Shown: positions 9,402 through 20,259 of the stretch, one piece after another
Layout of the letters: every line of letters begins with the position of its first letter
Position numbering within the stretch: the first letter of the stretch is position 1
Source of the DNA: an uncultured Nitrososphaerota archaeon
GTDB lineage: Archaea > Thermoproteota > Nitrososphaeria > Nitrososphaerales > CADDZS01
Direction: 5' to 3'
Assembly: GCA_963799845.1 (NCBI GenBank)
Contig: CAWCYI010000004.1
Coordinates: 2,048,001-2,112,000, forward strand
Length of the DNA stretch: 64,000 bases
The notes under the pieces: model-generated
What the model was told of the DNA's origin: nothing
Databases searched by the model: none
What the model saw: only the letters and a program-made list of their open reading frames with translations
Made by a program: the position numbers and the translations under genes

Positions 9402-10544
9402 GTGCCTCGCGGGAAATCTTCACGCCATCACTACGGAAAGCGGAGAAGATCCACGCCCGAATACACAGGGCCGTATATTCGCAGAGAACCACAGGGCGAT
9501 TATGGCAGGTATCTGGGTCGCTCGACTTCCTCACGCCGATTGAATCAGCTCCAATGGATGCGCCGAAACAAAGAAACGCTTTCCAAAATTGATGAAGAAC
9601 AGCTTGAGTATGGAGAGAAGCATATCCTAAACGATGAGGTAGAGTACGCAGTAGCGAAATTTCTCACGAGTCCACCAGGATTTGTCGCCGCTTTGAAAGC
9701 AGCAAAGGCAGAGGGGAACATGGACGAGTACTGGCGAAAACTACGGAACCAAAATTACAATTCTCGCTGGTACGATCAGGATCCCTTCAACTACACTAAC
9801 CGCAAATTACAGATTGAGGCCGATGGAAAGGGTCTGCACGTCTTTGTGAAGGGCGGTCCGAAACGGTTCATCAGCTACGAGGATATTTCCTGGAATTACG
9901 TCGATGTGGTATTTCCAGCGGACTATTACAGGAACATCTCCCAGAACATCGCGACAGGTCTGGGAGAGGCGCGGGTCAAGATTCTGGACGACCGTACAGC
10001 TGCCATCATCTCTGACGCAGAAGAATTAGACAGGATTGCGGGCGGCTATGATCAGGCTACCAAGCTGCGCCTAACTCCGAAGGGACAGCCGACCGTCGCC
10101 GACATTCTCCAACCTGGCGATACCATCGAGAGTATATTTGGAGATACCAAAACGGATCGGAAAGCCAACAGATCCGTGTACAAAGTCGTTCAGGTCAATC
10201 AGTTCAATGAATACGGTGGAATCCCAACTTGGAGTCTCGTCCTCGTGGATCCGAAACTCCCCCCGTTGAAAAACGGCGGTTACAGAGAGAACAATTACAG
10301 TGACATCAACGATCTTGTCGCTCAGGACGGAAAGATCCGCGCTCTATTCTACGCCAACGATGAGACACTGAACGTACTTAAGAAAGGGAAGCCAGCACCC
10401 GTGAAAAAATCCGAAGAACCTGCCATGTTCGCAAAGACGGTTCCAGCTCGACCGCCAAAGAAGGTCGACAAAGACCTAGAAGAGATCAAAGAATTCAACG
10501 AGTCCCATCAGGAATCCCTAGATCACTATTTCGATAGAAAGTGA
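9402..10544 (+). CDS. Hypothetical protein with HY tag (MPRGKSSRHHYGKRR)
   Basis: 380-aa ORF; tag present. Confidence 0.8.
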   Translation: MPRGKSSRHHYGKRRRSTPEYTGPYIRREPQGDYGRYLGRSTSSRRLNQLQWMRRNKETLSKIDEEQLEYGEKHILNDEVEYAVAKFLTSPPGFVAALKAAKAEGNMDEYWRKLRNQNYNSRWYDQDPFNYTNRKLQIEADGKGLHVFVKGGPKRFISYEDISWNYVDVVFPADYYRNISQNIATGLGEARVKILDDRTAAIISDAEELDRIAGGYDQATKLRLTPKGQPTVADILQPGDTIESIFGDTKTDRKANRSVYKVVQVNQFNEYGGIPTWSLVLVDPKLPPLKNGGYRENNYSDINDLVAQDGKIRALFYANDETLNVLKKGKPAPVKKSEEPAMFAKTVPARPPKKVDKDLEEIKEFNESHQESLDHYFDRK

Positions 10545-10603
10545 TGTACTGGAAGAATGTTACCTCAGCTGCTCTATAACAGCCATTCAAATTTCGCTGC
10601 GAC

Positions 10604-10834
10604 ATGCGATCATTGGAAGTTGCGAAGCTGGTCGTTAAGCTCCGCGACAGAGAGCGAATATTCGGACAGCCCCTTATCGCTGACACTATCGCTTATCAGC
10701 CGTGTACTACTTGTGAGCGACACTCAAATTATCCAAACGTTCTTCCAGTTACAGAACATCGGAACGGGATATGCGTCATCTGTCAAGCTTCGCTAGAATT
10801 TTTCGCGCAGTATCAATTCGGCGGGCCGAGCTAG
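10604..10834 (+). CDS. Small CxxC...CxxC zinc-binding protein
   Basis: 'CTTC' and 'CVIC' pairs. Confidence 0.45.
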   Translation: MRSLEVAKLVVKLRDRERIFGQPLIADTIAYQPCTTCERHSNYPNVLPVTEHRNGICVICQASLEFFAQYQFGGPS

Positions 10835-11793
10835 CCCGTGAACAGGGATAGATCGACGTTGGGGTGTTCGTCGGTGTAGCGTTTCATATCTTGAGCTCGG
10901 TAGAACCTGACTTTCTGAGCAGCAGCAGGATTTCGCCTGTTTTCGAGGCCGATCTTCGCAGCTTCTTCTTTCATGTACCAATCCGCCTGTCGCGGTCCGT
11001 CCTCTGACCACGGGAATTCTGCAATTTTCTCTGGCTTACCGTTCCCGACCTTTCGATAGACTGTGTACGGGATCTTGAAAATGTCCTGTTCGCCAAAGGG
11101 CGCGTGATATGCCCTGAGCTAACATGCGGAATTGTGAGTCGTGCCTAGTAACAAGAAGGTGAATTCCCTCATGGATCAGGACTCCTTTCTGCTGCTCGTC
11201 GGTCAGGGTGAAGAACGAAGGATGGACCTGTAAGATCGTGTACATCGCGCGTTTGCCGTCGACCTCTCTTGAAGTGCGGATTACTCTCGCGATTGCCCGC
11301 TGCTCGGGGATTATCTGGGCCGTAAGATCTCACTGCCAGTCCTCTTGAACAGAATCGCCAGGACAACTTCCCATTTCGCGGAGAGGCCATTGATGAGAGT
11401 GTTTTCGGCATCTGTGTTTGGTTCGTACTTGAAAGCAGTATCGATTTGCTTTTCCAGATCAACAACTTTGTCTCCCAGTTTCTCGCGCTGAATGGCTTTC
11501 TTGGCGATAACTTCCTCGGCAACCTTTTGCGTTCCCTTATCGGAAATGTCTTGTAGCAGCTTGTCGAGTTTCTTCGGATCCTTTAGAGCCTTATGGACGT
11601 ACTCTTGCGCGTCCTTTCCAATTTGTTCACGCTCTTTCTCCAAGTATTGCTTATCCAGAGTCTCTTTGATCTTCGTCCCGTGTTTTTTAGGCGGTTTCCG
11701 AGAGAACGATTCCAGCGGTTTCTCGGAAGCAAGAAAGTATCCGTGTCTGGGCCGTAATTTTCGTCGCTTCACTGGATAGTGCCGCTTGGACAT
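10831..11793 (-). CDS. Tagged zincin (HExxH) metallopeptidase-like protein with several frameshifts
   Basis: Starts MSKRHYPVKR...GYFLAS. Downstream frames carry 'GVLIHEGIHLLVTRHDSQF' and end 'VDLSLFTG*' at 10831. Confidence 0.55.
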
Positions 11794-11797
11794 TTCC

Positions 11798-12502
11798 CTA
11801 TGCCTTTAGCGATGAGAGAAACTTTCTGAGAGATTCAGTCGGCAGCTCCTTTTGGCTTACGTATGGGGCAATGGTAACAAAGCCATCTGGGCCCGAGACA
11901 ATCAGTACTTTGTGATCCGCGCCCCAATCCTTCTTACTCAAATATGAAAATGAAATCTGCGTTGGTTTTTCACTCCCTCGGTTAAGAGTTTGAATCGCTC
12001 TCAAGATGTATTCAGCCCTGATGTTAGCCCCATCGATCTCGAAGAAGGAATTCTTTTTCGCTCTCTCCCTTAGATCGCGTTTCAACGTCTCGGTGATGAG
12101 GATATTTTTCGCGACGGGTGTTTGGTCCTTTGTACCTTTGAATTTTGAAATCTCATCGGTGAATCCGATTGTCGCCTCAGTATTCGTGATCAGACCGCCG
12201 CTAAGGTAAGCAGCACCCTTCATTTGCCTTTCCAAAAGTTTCTCCGCAGTGTTGAGCTCCGCAGTGTTGAGCTTCTTGGTAACATCACCATTTGCCGCGT
12301 AGAACCTGGGTACTGCTGAATTATATTCGAGTGGTAGCGGCTTTTCGCGAAAGTGATGTTCTTCCTCTGCAACTTTGGGAACAGGTCTGGGTACTTCTCG
12401 CTTCGTCTTTGCAGCAACAGCAGCTCGGGGAAGCGATCTGTTCTTAGCTGGCTGCCGCTGCGGATAGTGCTTCGGACGAGAGCCAACGAGGAAGTACTTC
12501 AT
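11798..12502 (-). CDS. Hypothetical protein with reversed-order tag (MKYFLVGSRPKHYPQR)
   Basis: Tag; TTTCCTTTTTCTAGC-ATG upstream. Confidence 0.75.
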   Translation of the reverse strand: MKYFLVGSRPKHYPQRQPAKNRSLPRAAVAAKTKREVPRPVPKVAEEEHHFREKPLPLEYNSAVPRFYAANGDVTKKLNTAELNTAEKLLERQMKGAAYLSGGLITNTEATIGFTDEISKFKGTKDQTPVAKNILITETLKRDLRERAKKNSFFEIDGANIRAEYILRAIQTLNRGSEKPTQISFSYLSKKDWGADHKVLIVSGPDGFVTIAPYVSQKELPTESLRKFLSSLKA

Positions 12503-12517
12503 GCTAGAAAAAGGAAA

Positions 12518-13662
12518 CTAGAGTAGTCCAGCACGGTGAACTGTGTCGAAGATTTCGAGATCCGTTGCGGTTCTCCCTCGGTCATGCCGCTGGATGGCCT
12601 CAATGTAAATCCGCCGTTGCTGCTCTTTTGTCAGGGGTTTGCCCTTCCGTTTCACCAGCGCGGTACCAGCTTTATTCCAGTGATAGATCCCGCCAGAAAG
12701 ATCGGTTTCCGCTTTCAGCATCGCGACCTGTTTCAAATCCTCAAAATTCAGCACGTTCAATTCCTCGCGAGTGTACTTCTTGAAATACATCTTGAGATCC
12801 TGCTGGACCTCTGGGAGAAAGGCTTTCGCGATTTCCCTCTTACCCCAACGCGCCTTAACATTGTTGTCCGGATCATACAGCGATTTTCTCGGTATCTCGA
12901 TCTCTTCCTCTTGCTTCGAGAGAATTTCGAGGATTCGAGAAAAGGGATAACCCTGATAGGAATAGAGTGGGGTCTGCTCTCCCTCGATCAGTTTGTAAAA
13001 TGCAAAGATGTACTGACCTGGTTTCACTTTGAAAATCGTCGGTTCAATGTGCGAATCGATTCGCAGCACTTGGCTGAGCCACTTTGCATTGACGCCCTCA
13101 TCGGGAATCTTCGGATATTTTCCAATGGAAGCCAGAGCTGCTTTCTTATCTTCCTCGTATTCCGCAGTTTCCCTCTCGACCAACTTTTCTTCCTGCTTTT
13201 CTGCCGCTATCTTTTGCTGGATTTCCCTCGCGGTCATGGCCTCGACGTAGATGTTAGCCCGAGACAGTTCGGAATCGAGATCGTGCCAGGAGTCCGAGGC
13301 AATCGCAAAATCAACCTGATCCAATTTGTCATCGAACACGACTGAATCCCCGCCGTGAGCTTGGAAGGCTGCTTTCCTGAATTCATACCATTTCTGTAAC
13401 GCCCCAATAGGCAGAAGCTTCCTTTTCCTTCCAAATTGGAGATCTGAACGGTACTTGCGGAACCAAACATCATAGAGTCTCTTTACTGTGGGAGATATTC
13501 TGTAATGGTACTTGCGAGATTTTCGCAGTTTGATTTTCTTAGTCTCTTGAGGAACAGGAGCTGGCTTGGGCCGGGGATCGGTCGCTTGATCTTCGGTGCT
13601 AAACGTGGCGAAGGATTCCTGCGATATTCGTTAGGTTTTATGAGAAAATAGTGCTGCGCCAC
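12518..13662 (-). CDS. Hypothetical protein with tag (MAQHYFLIKP), two homopolymer frameshifts
   Basis: GTG at 13662. Single-base fixes near 13575 and 13350 join it to ORF 12518-13339. Confidence 0.65.
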
Positions 13663-13670
13663 CGCGAGAG

Positions 13671-13684
13671 AAAAACTACTTTTT
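13671..13684. promoter_or_regulatory. Bidirectional AAAAA-CTAC-TTTTT element
   Basis: Lies between divergent tagged starts at 13662(-) and 13691(+). Confidence 0.65.
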
Positions 13685-13690
13685 CAACTA

Positions 13691-14515
13691 ATGCCGACTC
13701 GCAAGCATTACCCTGCGAAACCATCTCCAAACACAAATTACCTTGGCACAATGGATGCGTTCCTGGGAACCGCCAGTGGATCGGCAGCCCAAAAAACACC
13801 TGAAAAACGCGAGAGGATCGCGCCTCGAAGTGAAAAAAATGTGGGGCGCGGTTCTGTCTCGCAGAAAGGGAAGAAATCGAAAGCTCCACTCGACGCTGAA
13901 AAGATGACACCGGCGGAAGTGCTTGCGGAGATCCAGAATCTAACGCCTGTGAAGAAAGAGAAGGGTGGACCGCCTAACGTTACCCTGAACCCCGAGAAAC
14001 ACTTTGAGATTTTCACGTTTCATTACGGCGACCTAGTTATCCAGTCGGAGAAACCAATCGTCATTCAGTTCTTGCAGCGAGCTCGCGATCAGCTGGTCGA
14101 GATGGCTGATGACTCTGAAAACCTAGGCCCCACTCTTGCGGATCTGGAAGCCCAAGCCAAGAAGCTGCATAATCAATCACAGTTTTCCAAAGCTGAGGTC
14201 GAGCAAGTCGATAAAGGTCTGGAATATCTCGTGAAAAGACTGAGCGAGATTAGCGGCGTTCCAAGCAAAAGCGAGGAAGTCATGTCATTAGAGCAGCAGA
14301 TCACAACACTGGAAAAACGCGGAGAGGTAGACCCGTACGCTATCAGCGCGGAACGTCTCGCAAAGGATCACCCTTTGACCAAAGCGGCGATTGAAGTGAA
14401 GAAGGTCGAGTTGAAGAATTTGCAGGAAGGATACCGATCCAAGAAAGAGTACGAGGCAGCCCTGGACTCAGCGACGAAGAAATACGCTGAGGAAAGAGCG
14501 AATTTGAGACGCTAA
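13691..14515 (+). CDS. Coiled-coil protein with HY tag (MPTRKHYPAKP)
   Basis: Tag; E/K-rich helical C-terminus. Confidence 0.8.
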   Translation: MPTRKHYPAKPSPNTNYLGTMDAFLGTASGSAAQKTPEKRERIAPRSEKNVGRGSVSQKGKKSKAPLDAEKMTPAEVLAEIQNLTPVKKEKGGPPNVTLNPEKHFEIFTFHYGDLVIQSEKPIVIQFLQRARDQLVEMADDSENLGPTLADLEAQAKKLHNQSQFSKAEVEQVDKGLEYLVKRLSEISGVPSKSEEVMSLEQQITTLEKRGEVDPYAISAERLAKDHPLTKAAIEVKKVELKNLQEGYRSKKEYEAALDSATKKYAEERANLRR

Positions 14516-14535
14516 AAAAAGTGGGACGGGCGGAC

Positions 14536-14790
14536 TCAACGCCGTCTTTTATCGTACATGAGTCTGCCCTTTGAGACGTGCGTTCTTCCGCGAACAGGCT
14601 GCACACCACCATCGGATCGTACTCTGATCGCGCCGACTTTACGAGCGTGAGCCACCTCGTAATCTTCCCTCAAGTCGATTGATTTGTTCTCCCCTTTCGA
14701 GTGTCGTATGTGAGGATTATCGCCTGGTCTGCGTCCGCCTCTGCGTGGCTTCTTATTTCCGAAGTGATGGCCGCCTTTCTTCTTAGCCAT
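14536..14790 (-). CDS. Very basic, protamine-like protein with tag (MAKKKGGHHFGNKKPRR)
   Basis: R/K/G/H-rich, 84 aa; start re-assigned to ATG 14790. Confidence 0.65.
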   Translation of the reverse strand: MAKKKGGHHFGNKKPRRGGRRPGDNPHIRHSKGENKSIDLREDYEVAHARKVGAIRVRSDGGVQPVRGRTHVSKGRLMYDKRRR

Positions 14791-15083
14791 TGTGATCATA
14801 AAAGGCAAATTATTTTGTTGTACGACGCTACCATTTCGCTATCATGACACTTCGGCGCAAGACGCACTCTTTGTGTTCCCCGACACTCAATCGCCAACAT
14901 GCACAGTGGCAGACCCCGTGCTTCGCTCTGACGTGGACCCCATGAGGACACTCTTTCTCTAGGCCCCCGTGCAGCCGCTTCCAGCAGGGCGAGCAGACAG
15001 GGATCTGACGTTCCATCAGGCCCCACTAGAAGGCGAATTTGGTATTTGAGGTTACGTTAATTCGCTTTTTCTCCTAGTCTCGC

Positions 15084-16213
15084 ATGACCAAGAAGGGTAG
15101 CCACCATTTCTTCCTCGCCAGTCCGAAACCAAAGCGATCCCTTCTGTTCCAGCGAAGAAATCCAAGAGACATGGACGACGATCTTCGGATTACTCGAACT
15201 ATTCTCCCAACAGCAAATCTTCGGGACGGAAGCCACGAGCAGCAACCCCTCAGATCTCAGAGTCGAAACCGACCCCTGCGAAATTGAGTCAGGCTACAAA
15301 GAAACGCGAGGTAACTAATCTCGGGCAACCGATGTTGCTCTATCTGGACAAAGAAACTCCACGGCCGATCCCCACACCAGAGAAGGTGAAGTACCATTAC
15401 ACAGATTATTCAGAACGCGGAAAAATTGTGGAAGGATTCACCGAGGTTCCAGTGGTCTATCAGGCGTTCAATCAGATCGTCGTGCGGGTTCCTGATGATA
15501 TTCTGATGAAGGAAGATTACAAACGTGACGAGCCTTACTCCGTTGGAGATGCAACCGAGGACGCAGGCAAAGTTATCTTCTCTCCGTACATGCCTAAATC
15601 TTTCAAGACGTTAGAGGACGCTGCGCTCTACGCGAATACCGAGGCAAAGAAGGATATTGACCGCTGGACTCGGGATCGCAAGATCGACAACACCAGGTCA
15701 GAATATCTCGGACTAAAGTACGTCGGAAAGAATCGGACCGATGAAATTCCAAAAGACCAGGCGGAGAAATATTTTGGGAAAATCCCGATTGAGATCGCTG
15801 GAAAAGGAACGCGAGCTCAGACCTTCAACGAAGGCTTTCTCGGGCAGGGAACTGTCTACTCAATAACTGATTATGGTGATTACAAGCGGTTCTCAAAGCA
15901 AGACTTGATCGACAAGATGAGGGCGCGGCTGATGCAGAAAGGCGATGATGTTGGCCATGTGCAGTACGTAGATGTTGTCGATTCAAAGACGGGCGATATT
16001 GCAAACAAGCTTCTGATTACCACGTCGCGCAGCGGCTATTCAGTCGTTCCAGTGTTCGGAGAAACGACCGCAAAGAAACCTGACGTGTTCGCGAGCTTTA
16101 TGGAAGAACGTGCAATGAAAGAGGGAGCTGCGGGAACGGGTAGCCAAACTGACATGCGTACTCGGTTCACCGAAGCTAGGCGCAACGGCGGGCATCCTGA
16201 CTGGGCCCAGTAA
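15084..16213 (+). CDS. Hypothetical protein with tag (MTKKGSHHFFLASPKPK), one homopolymer frameshift
   Basis: Adding one C near 15140 joins the 15084 start to the open frame of 15284-16213. Confidence 0.7.
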
Positions 16214-16830
16214 TGCCACACCATTATTTTCTTGCTAAACCGAGCAAGAAAACTCCCAGGAAGCCTCGACCCAAGAAAGTTTCAGCGGAACACTCGAGAA
16301 TCAGCCCGAAAATCACTCGAAGTACCGGAATCCCAATCACTATAGCGGGCACGACCTATGGATATGCAGGCGGCGGTTACAGCGGGGCGACGAAGGAATT
16401 GGACGAGACCGTTGTCCGCGAGTCTGAATTCATGGCGAAGGAATTCAAGAAACCCGTCGAGATCAGGTTCAACAGCGACAAGCAATCTGGCGGTGCATGG
16501 ATCAGAAATCAAAGCGGCAGCTCTCAGGTCGGCCTCTCCGCTGGACTCTATCCCACATTTCCGAAAGGAATGGATTGGGATTCTTACATCACGTCAAAAG
16601 GGCTGCAACAGACTTCTATTCAAAGGCAGATCGATGAGATCGATGAGCTTCCAAAGCATGTCGGTTACAATACGGTGGTCGATAAAGATGCTCTAAAAGC
16701 AGAGGCGTTGAACCGTTTCAACGGCCCCGACAACGAGAGCAGCAAGCACATTTTCCTGAATCACCCTTCCCTCAAAGCCGCAGCGGACTGGATTGCAAAG
16801 TACGTGGACAGATCCAAAATCATATCTTAG
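16213..16830 (+). CDS. Hypothetical protein with tag (MPHHYFLAKPSKK)
   Basis: TAATG coupling to the upstream gene; tag present. Confidence 0.8.
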   Translation: MPHHYFLAKPSKKTPRKPRPKKVSAEHSRISPKITRSTGIPITIAGTTYGYAGGGYSGATKELDETVVRESEFMAKEFKKPVEIRFNSDKQSGGAWIRNQSGSSQVGLSAGLYPTFPKGMDWDSYITSKGLQQTSIQRQIDEIDELPKHVGYNTVVDKDALKAEALNRFNGPDNESSKHIFLNHPSLKAAADWIAKYVDRSKIIS

Positions 16831-16932
16831 ATGCCCCATCACTATTTCGGGGATATAGTCAGGACTCTAGAAATTGCCGCAGGATACTGTAACACAGTTG
16901 GGGGCAAGAGCTCGCGTGCTACTTTCGTGTAA
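16831..16932 (+). pseudogene. Truncated tagged gene MPHHYFGDIV... at the island edge
   Basis: ATG directly after the upstream stop; 33 codons, then island sequence. Confidence 0.55.
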
Positions 16933-17046
16933 CTTGAATAGTTGAAGAGAAAGACGATTTGTGAGCGTTCTACTTTCGCGAACACTCTGTCATTTCAATA
17001 GAGAGAAATATCTCTGGTCCGCAACAATCATCAGGCCAACAAGACA

Positions 17047-18030
17047 TTGCTCATCAAAGCCGCAATTGGACGGGTAGGACTCGTTTTTGTCCTTGCGATC
17101 ATCATAGTCATTGCAGGTGTGGGTGTCTATGCTTACACAGACACCTCCCAAATGACCACGGCCAAGACGACATCAGCGACAACGGCTTCTACCTTTTACT
17201 ATGCGACTACGTACACAACTCCGTTCATCATCACAAACACCACGATGTCAAACAACACGAAAACAGAAACCGTAGTTAGCAACAATACTGTGACGACGTC
17301 AACCGTCCCTTCTTCAGAGATTAATTCTACTTCTTTAGTCTCAGTGGTGGAGAGTTCTCAAACTCCTTGCATTCCTACCACTGGGTACATGGTGACAACG
17401 ACATTATCCGACCAGTCTACTACAACAGCGGTACAGATGGGATTCGATGGTACGACGTGTGATTTCGGAGATGCCCTCGATGCCCCTTCAGCGATCCTAA
17501 TTCCTGCAAATACTCTGACGTGGACAAACTTTCAATTGCAGAAGAATGGCAGCTACTTTGTTGGTGCTTCAATTGGTTTCTTAGCTGTGCCCGAAGCTAT
17601 AGGCGCTAATGTAACAGTCGCCTTTTACTTGAATGGTCATCATAACTCAAGCACAATATCACAAGTAAGTCAATCGCCGAATGAGGTGACCAACTTTTCA
17701 TTGATCCCCTCTTCTAACTCTTCTTCAAATTCGATCTTCGCCCTAAAGGGATTTACTCCAACTCTGGGAGTAGGCGGGCAAACAGGATGGGCGGTAAGTC
17801 TCAACGGAACCACTATAGCTATTGCTTTCGTAAGTGATAAGCCTCTGTGGCTTTTAGGTTGGACTCCAGAAGATATGTCAAAGGGCACAGGTCCTCAGTT
17901 TGGACAATCAGGCGGCCAGCTCAATGGCACGTACGAATGGCCTGACCCAGAATTATCTCTTCCTAATTCGTTACCGCAACCAACGACTACGTTAACATTT
18001 GAGCTTCGGATTTCAGGTGATTACTTCTAA
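17047..18030 (+). CDS. Membrane-anchored Thr/Ser-rich surface protein
   Basis: 'KAAIGR' plus TM helix (class III-like signal peptide) and Thr-rich linker. Confidence 0.8.
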   Translation: MLIKAAIGRVGLVFVLAIIIVIAGVGVYAYTDTSQMTTAKTTSATTASTFYYATTYTTPFIITNTTMSNNTKTETVVSNNTVTTSTVPSSEINSTSLVSVVESSQTPCIPTTGYMVTTTLSDQSTTTAVQMGFDGTTCDFGDALDAPSAILIPANTLTWTNFQLQKNGSYFVGASIGFLAVPEAIGANVTVAFYLNGHHNSSTISQVSQSPNEVTNFSLIPSSNSSSNSIFALKGFTPTLGVGGQTGWAVSLNGTTIAIAFVSDKPLWLLGWTPEDMSKGTGPQFGQSGGQLNGTYEWPDPELSLPNSLPQPTTTLTFELRISGDYF

Positions 18031-18112
18031 TGAGGCTGCTATCACGAGACGCAGAACGCGAGATAAATATCGTAGCACTGGTAGTCACACAGACCAAGAA
18101 GGAATGAAATCC

Positions 18113-19406
18113 ATGAAATCGAGTTTGTCTGCCATTGGGCGAACAGCGCTGGTGGCCGTTGTAGTCATATTAATCGTTCTAGCAGCAGGGGCAGGATATT
18201 TGGTGAGCAGTTCGCGGACTGTCACTTCAACCGTAACTGCGACCCTACCGCCTGTTACGTCCATCTCAACCTCGGTAATAACAACCGAGATAACGACGGT
18301 TGTTTCTCCCCTGATTACAACCACGACGACGACTCAGCCAATGAATCAATTTCCATCCTATTCCATGACCGAGACAAACGACTCAACTGTCAACTCGACG
18401 CTCGGACTTTCACTTCAGACTCTACACACCCTCGTCGTGTGATTCTCTTGCATGTCTTGGTCGTCTCGACATCATAGCTTTGGTCGTCAACGTTCGCAAC
18501 GTCTCAAACAACGTAACCGATGAAAGTGATTGGCAGTATCCACCGAGCTCACTAAATCCCTACAGCCCTTGTGGTGCAGGACAAGTCGGTTTCGGGATAT
18601 TCCAAGGATACTATGACGAGAATAATTTCAGCAAAGCAATCTCTCTCACTCTTTACAACCAGAGCATTATGTACTCTTGCACAACAATGACTATCGTAAA
18701 TTCAACAGAGGTCTTTTCATTCGAGCCACAAAGCGACCTAGTCCAAGTAACCAATTCTAGCGGGGCGCCATTTTTCAACTCAAGCATTTCCGTTTCCGAA
18801 CTCATCGGCGGCTATTGGGTGGGGCAAATTGGAAGTAATGCGTACCAAACATTTCCTTCAGGAACTTACACGATTATCGCAGCTGACGAGTGGGGACAGG
18901 TGGACTTTCTGCACTTTTCTGTAGTGGCCGCCGCATCAACTACGAGCTCGATATTTACTACGACGTGTTCGGCAGGTTACGTCAACGGAACTTGCGGACC
19001 GATAACTACGACCACCACAACTTTGTTCGATGGTGCTTCCTACTGTTTAGGTTCTAACGAATGCAGCACTCTGTATCCTCCAGTGGTCGCAAATCCCAAC
19101 ATCGAAAATTCGTCTGGCGGTAATCTTACGTTCAGATTTTCATCAAGTAATGTAAAGCTACAAGTTGTTCAAACGCAGGGCTGTGTAAGTTCCATCCCCT
19201 CTTGTACGCACAACAATCTCGCCGTTCTACTTCAAACTACTCCTCAATGCTCGGGATCTGGGAATACAACGTTATGCACATTTGTGACTGATGGGATCTC
19301 CTTACCATCGGTCTCAGCAACTGGCAATTATGTAGAAATTAATCTAAATTATGGGCTCTCGGCTAACCAGACCTTGGGTTCGGAAACTTACTACTTCAGC
19401 TGTTAA
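18113..19406 (+). CDS. Surface protein with 'ADEWG' domain (frameshifted near 18430-18480)
   Basis: 'SAIGR' plus TM helix; 'YTIIAADEWGQVDFLHF'. Confidence 0.7.
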
Positions 19407-19475
19407 GTGATTCACAACGGAGATAGTCGGGAAGAGCAACTCCACATCTTGAAACACCTTATTCTCAAAGTCACA

Positions 19476-20258
19476 ATGTCAAAATCATCTGCGATCGGAC
19501 GGAATGTATCAGCTGTGATAATAATCGTTGTAACAGTAATTGTTTTGGGTGGTGTCATTGTTTTCGCAAAGAATGGAATCTCGACCAATCCAGACAATGT
19601 GGAATCAGAAACCGTCTGCGTCTATCAATCAACGACGTCTACCATGACATACCACGTCGGAACTATGCCCCTTTGTCCTACGACCTCGACTAGCGCTCCC
19701 AATACGGGTCTCCAACTTGTTATTTCGTTTAATTCAACCGAGATAAGACCAGATAATTCTGTGAACTTGACTGTCTCTGCTCGCAACATTCTTTCCACCC
19801 CAAATAACAAGTCGTCAGCATCTGACTGGGCGCTCCAAACTCTTGGTCAGGGCTTTGGGCCATGCACACCCTTGAACAATTCGCCATTCAGGATTGCAGC
19901 CTTTATGGGATATTACACAATGTCGAACATTTCACAGGCGAGCCCGCTTACTGTGGCCAATCCGATTGGAGGTTACTCGTGCACCGCGATTTCGCAATTC
20001 ATCTACGTAGTTTTTCAGCCCGATAGCAATAATGTAGATGTCTACGGATGCATGGGAAGCAGCTGTCAAACCACGGGCCTTTTTCCGTTCTTTGAGTCCT
20101 ACTTCCAAGTTGCTGGATACTACACTAGCAGCTCATCCGAAATCGGGACAACGACCGAGTCGTATTCATACCATCCTTTGGAAGTCGGGGACTACACGGT
20201 GGCTGTTGGCGACGAGTGGGGCGACCTAACCCTGTTGCATTTCACAGTGACCAATTAG
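19476..20258 (+). CDS. Surface protein with GDEWG domain
   Basis: MSKSSAIGR plus TM helix; 'YTVAVGDEWGDLTLLHF'. Confidence 0.8.
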   Translation: MSKSSAIGRNVSAVIIIVVTVIVLGGVIVFAKNGISTNPDNVESETVCVYQSTTSTMTYHVGTMPLCPTTSTSAPNTGLQLVISFNSTEIRPDNSVNLTVSARNILSTPNNKSSASDWALQTLGQGFGPCTPLNNSPFRIAAFMGYYTMSNISQASPLTVANPIGGYSCTAISQFIYVVFQPDSNNVDVYGCMGSSCQTTGLFPFFESYFQVAGYYTSSSSEIGTTTESYSYHPLEVGDYTVAVGDEWGDLTLLHFTVTN

Positions 20259-20259
20259 G

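Noticed and set aside
10525-10550. Antisense 'HHFL' and C-terminal 'DHYF' at the end of 9402-10544 as extra tags
   Set aside because: The antisense frame has no start codon or upstream element, and R-K-stop codons naturally read as F-L on the other strand.
12536-13345. 269-aa + strand ORF
   Set aside because: Antisense shadow of the 12518-13662 gene with atypical composition.
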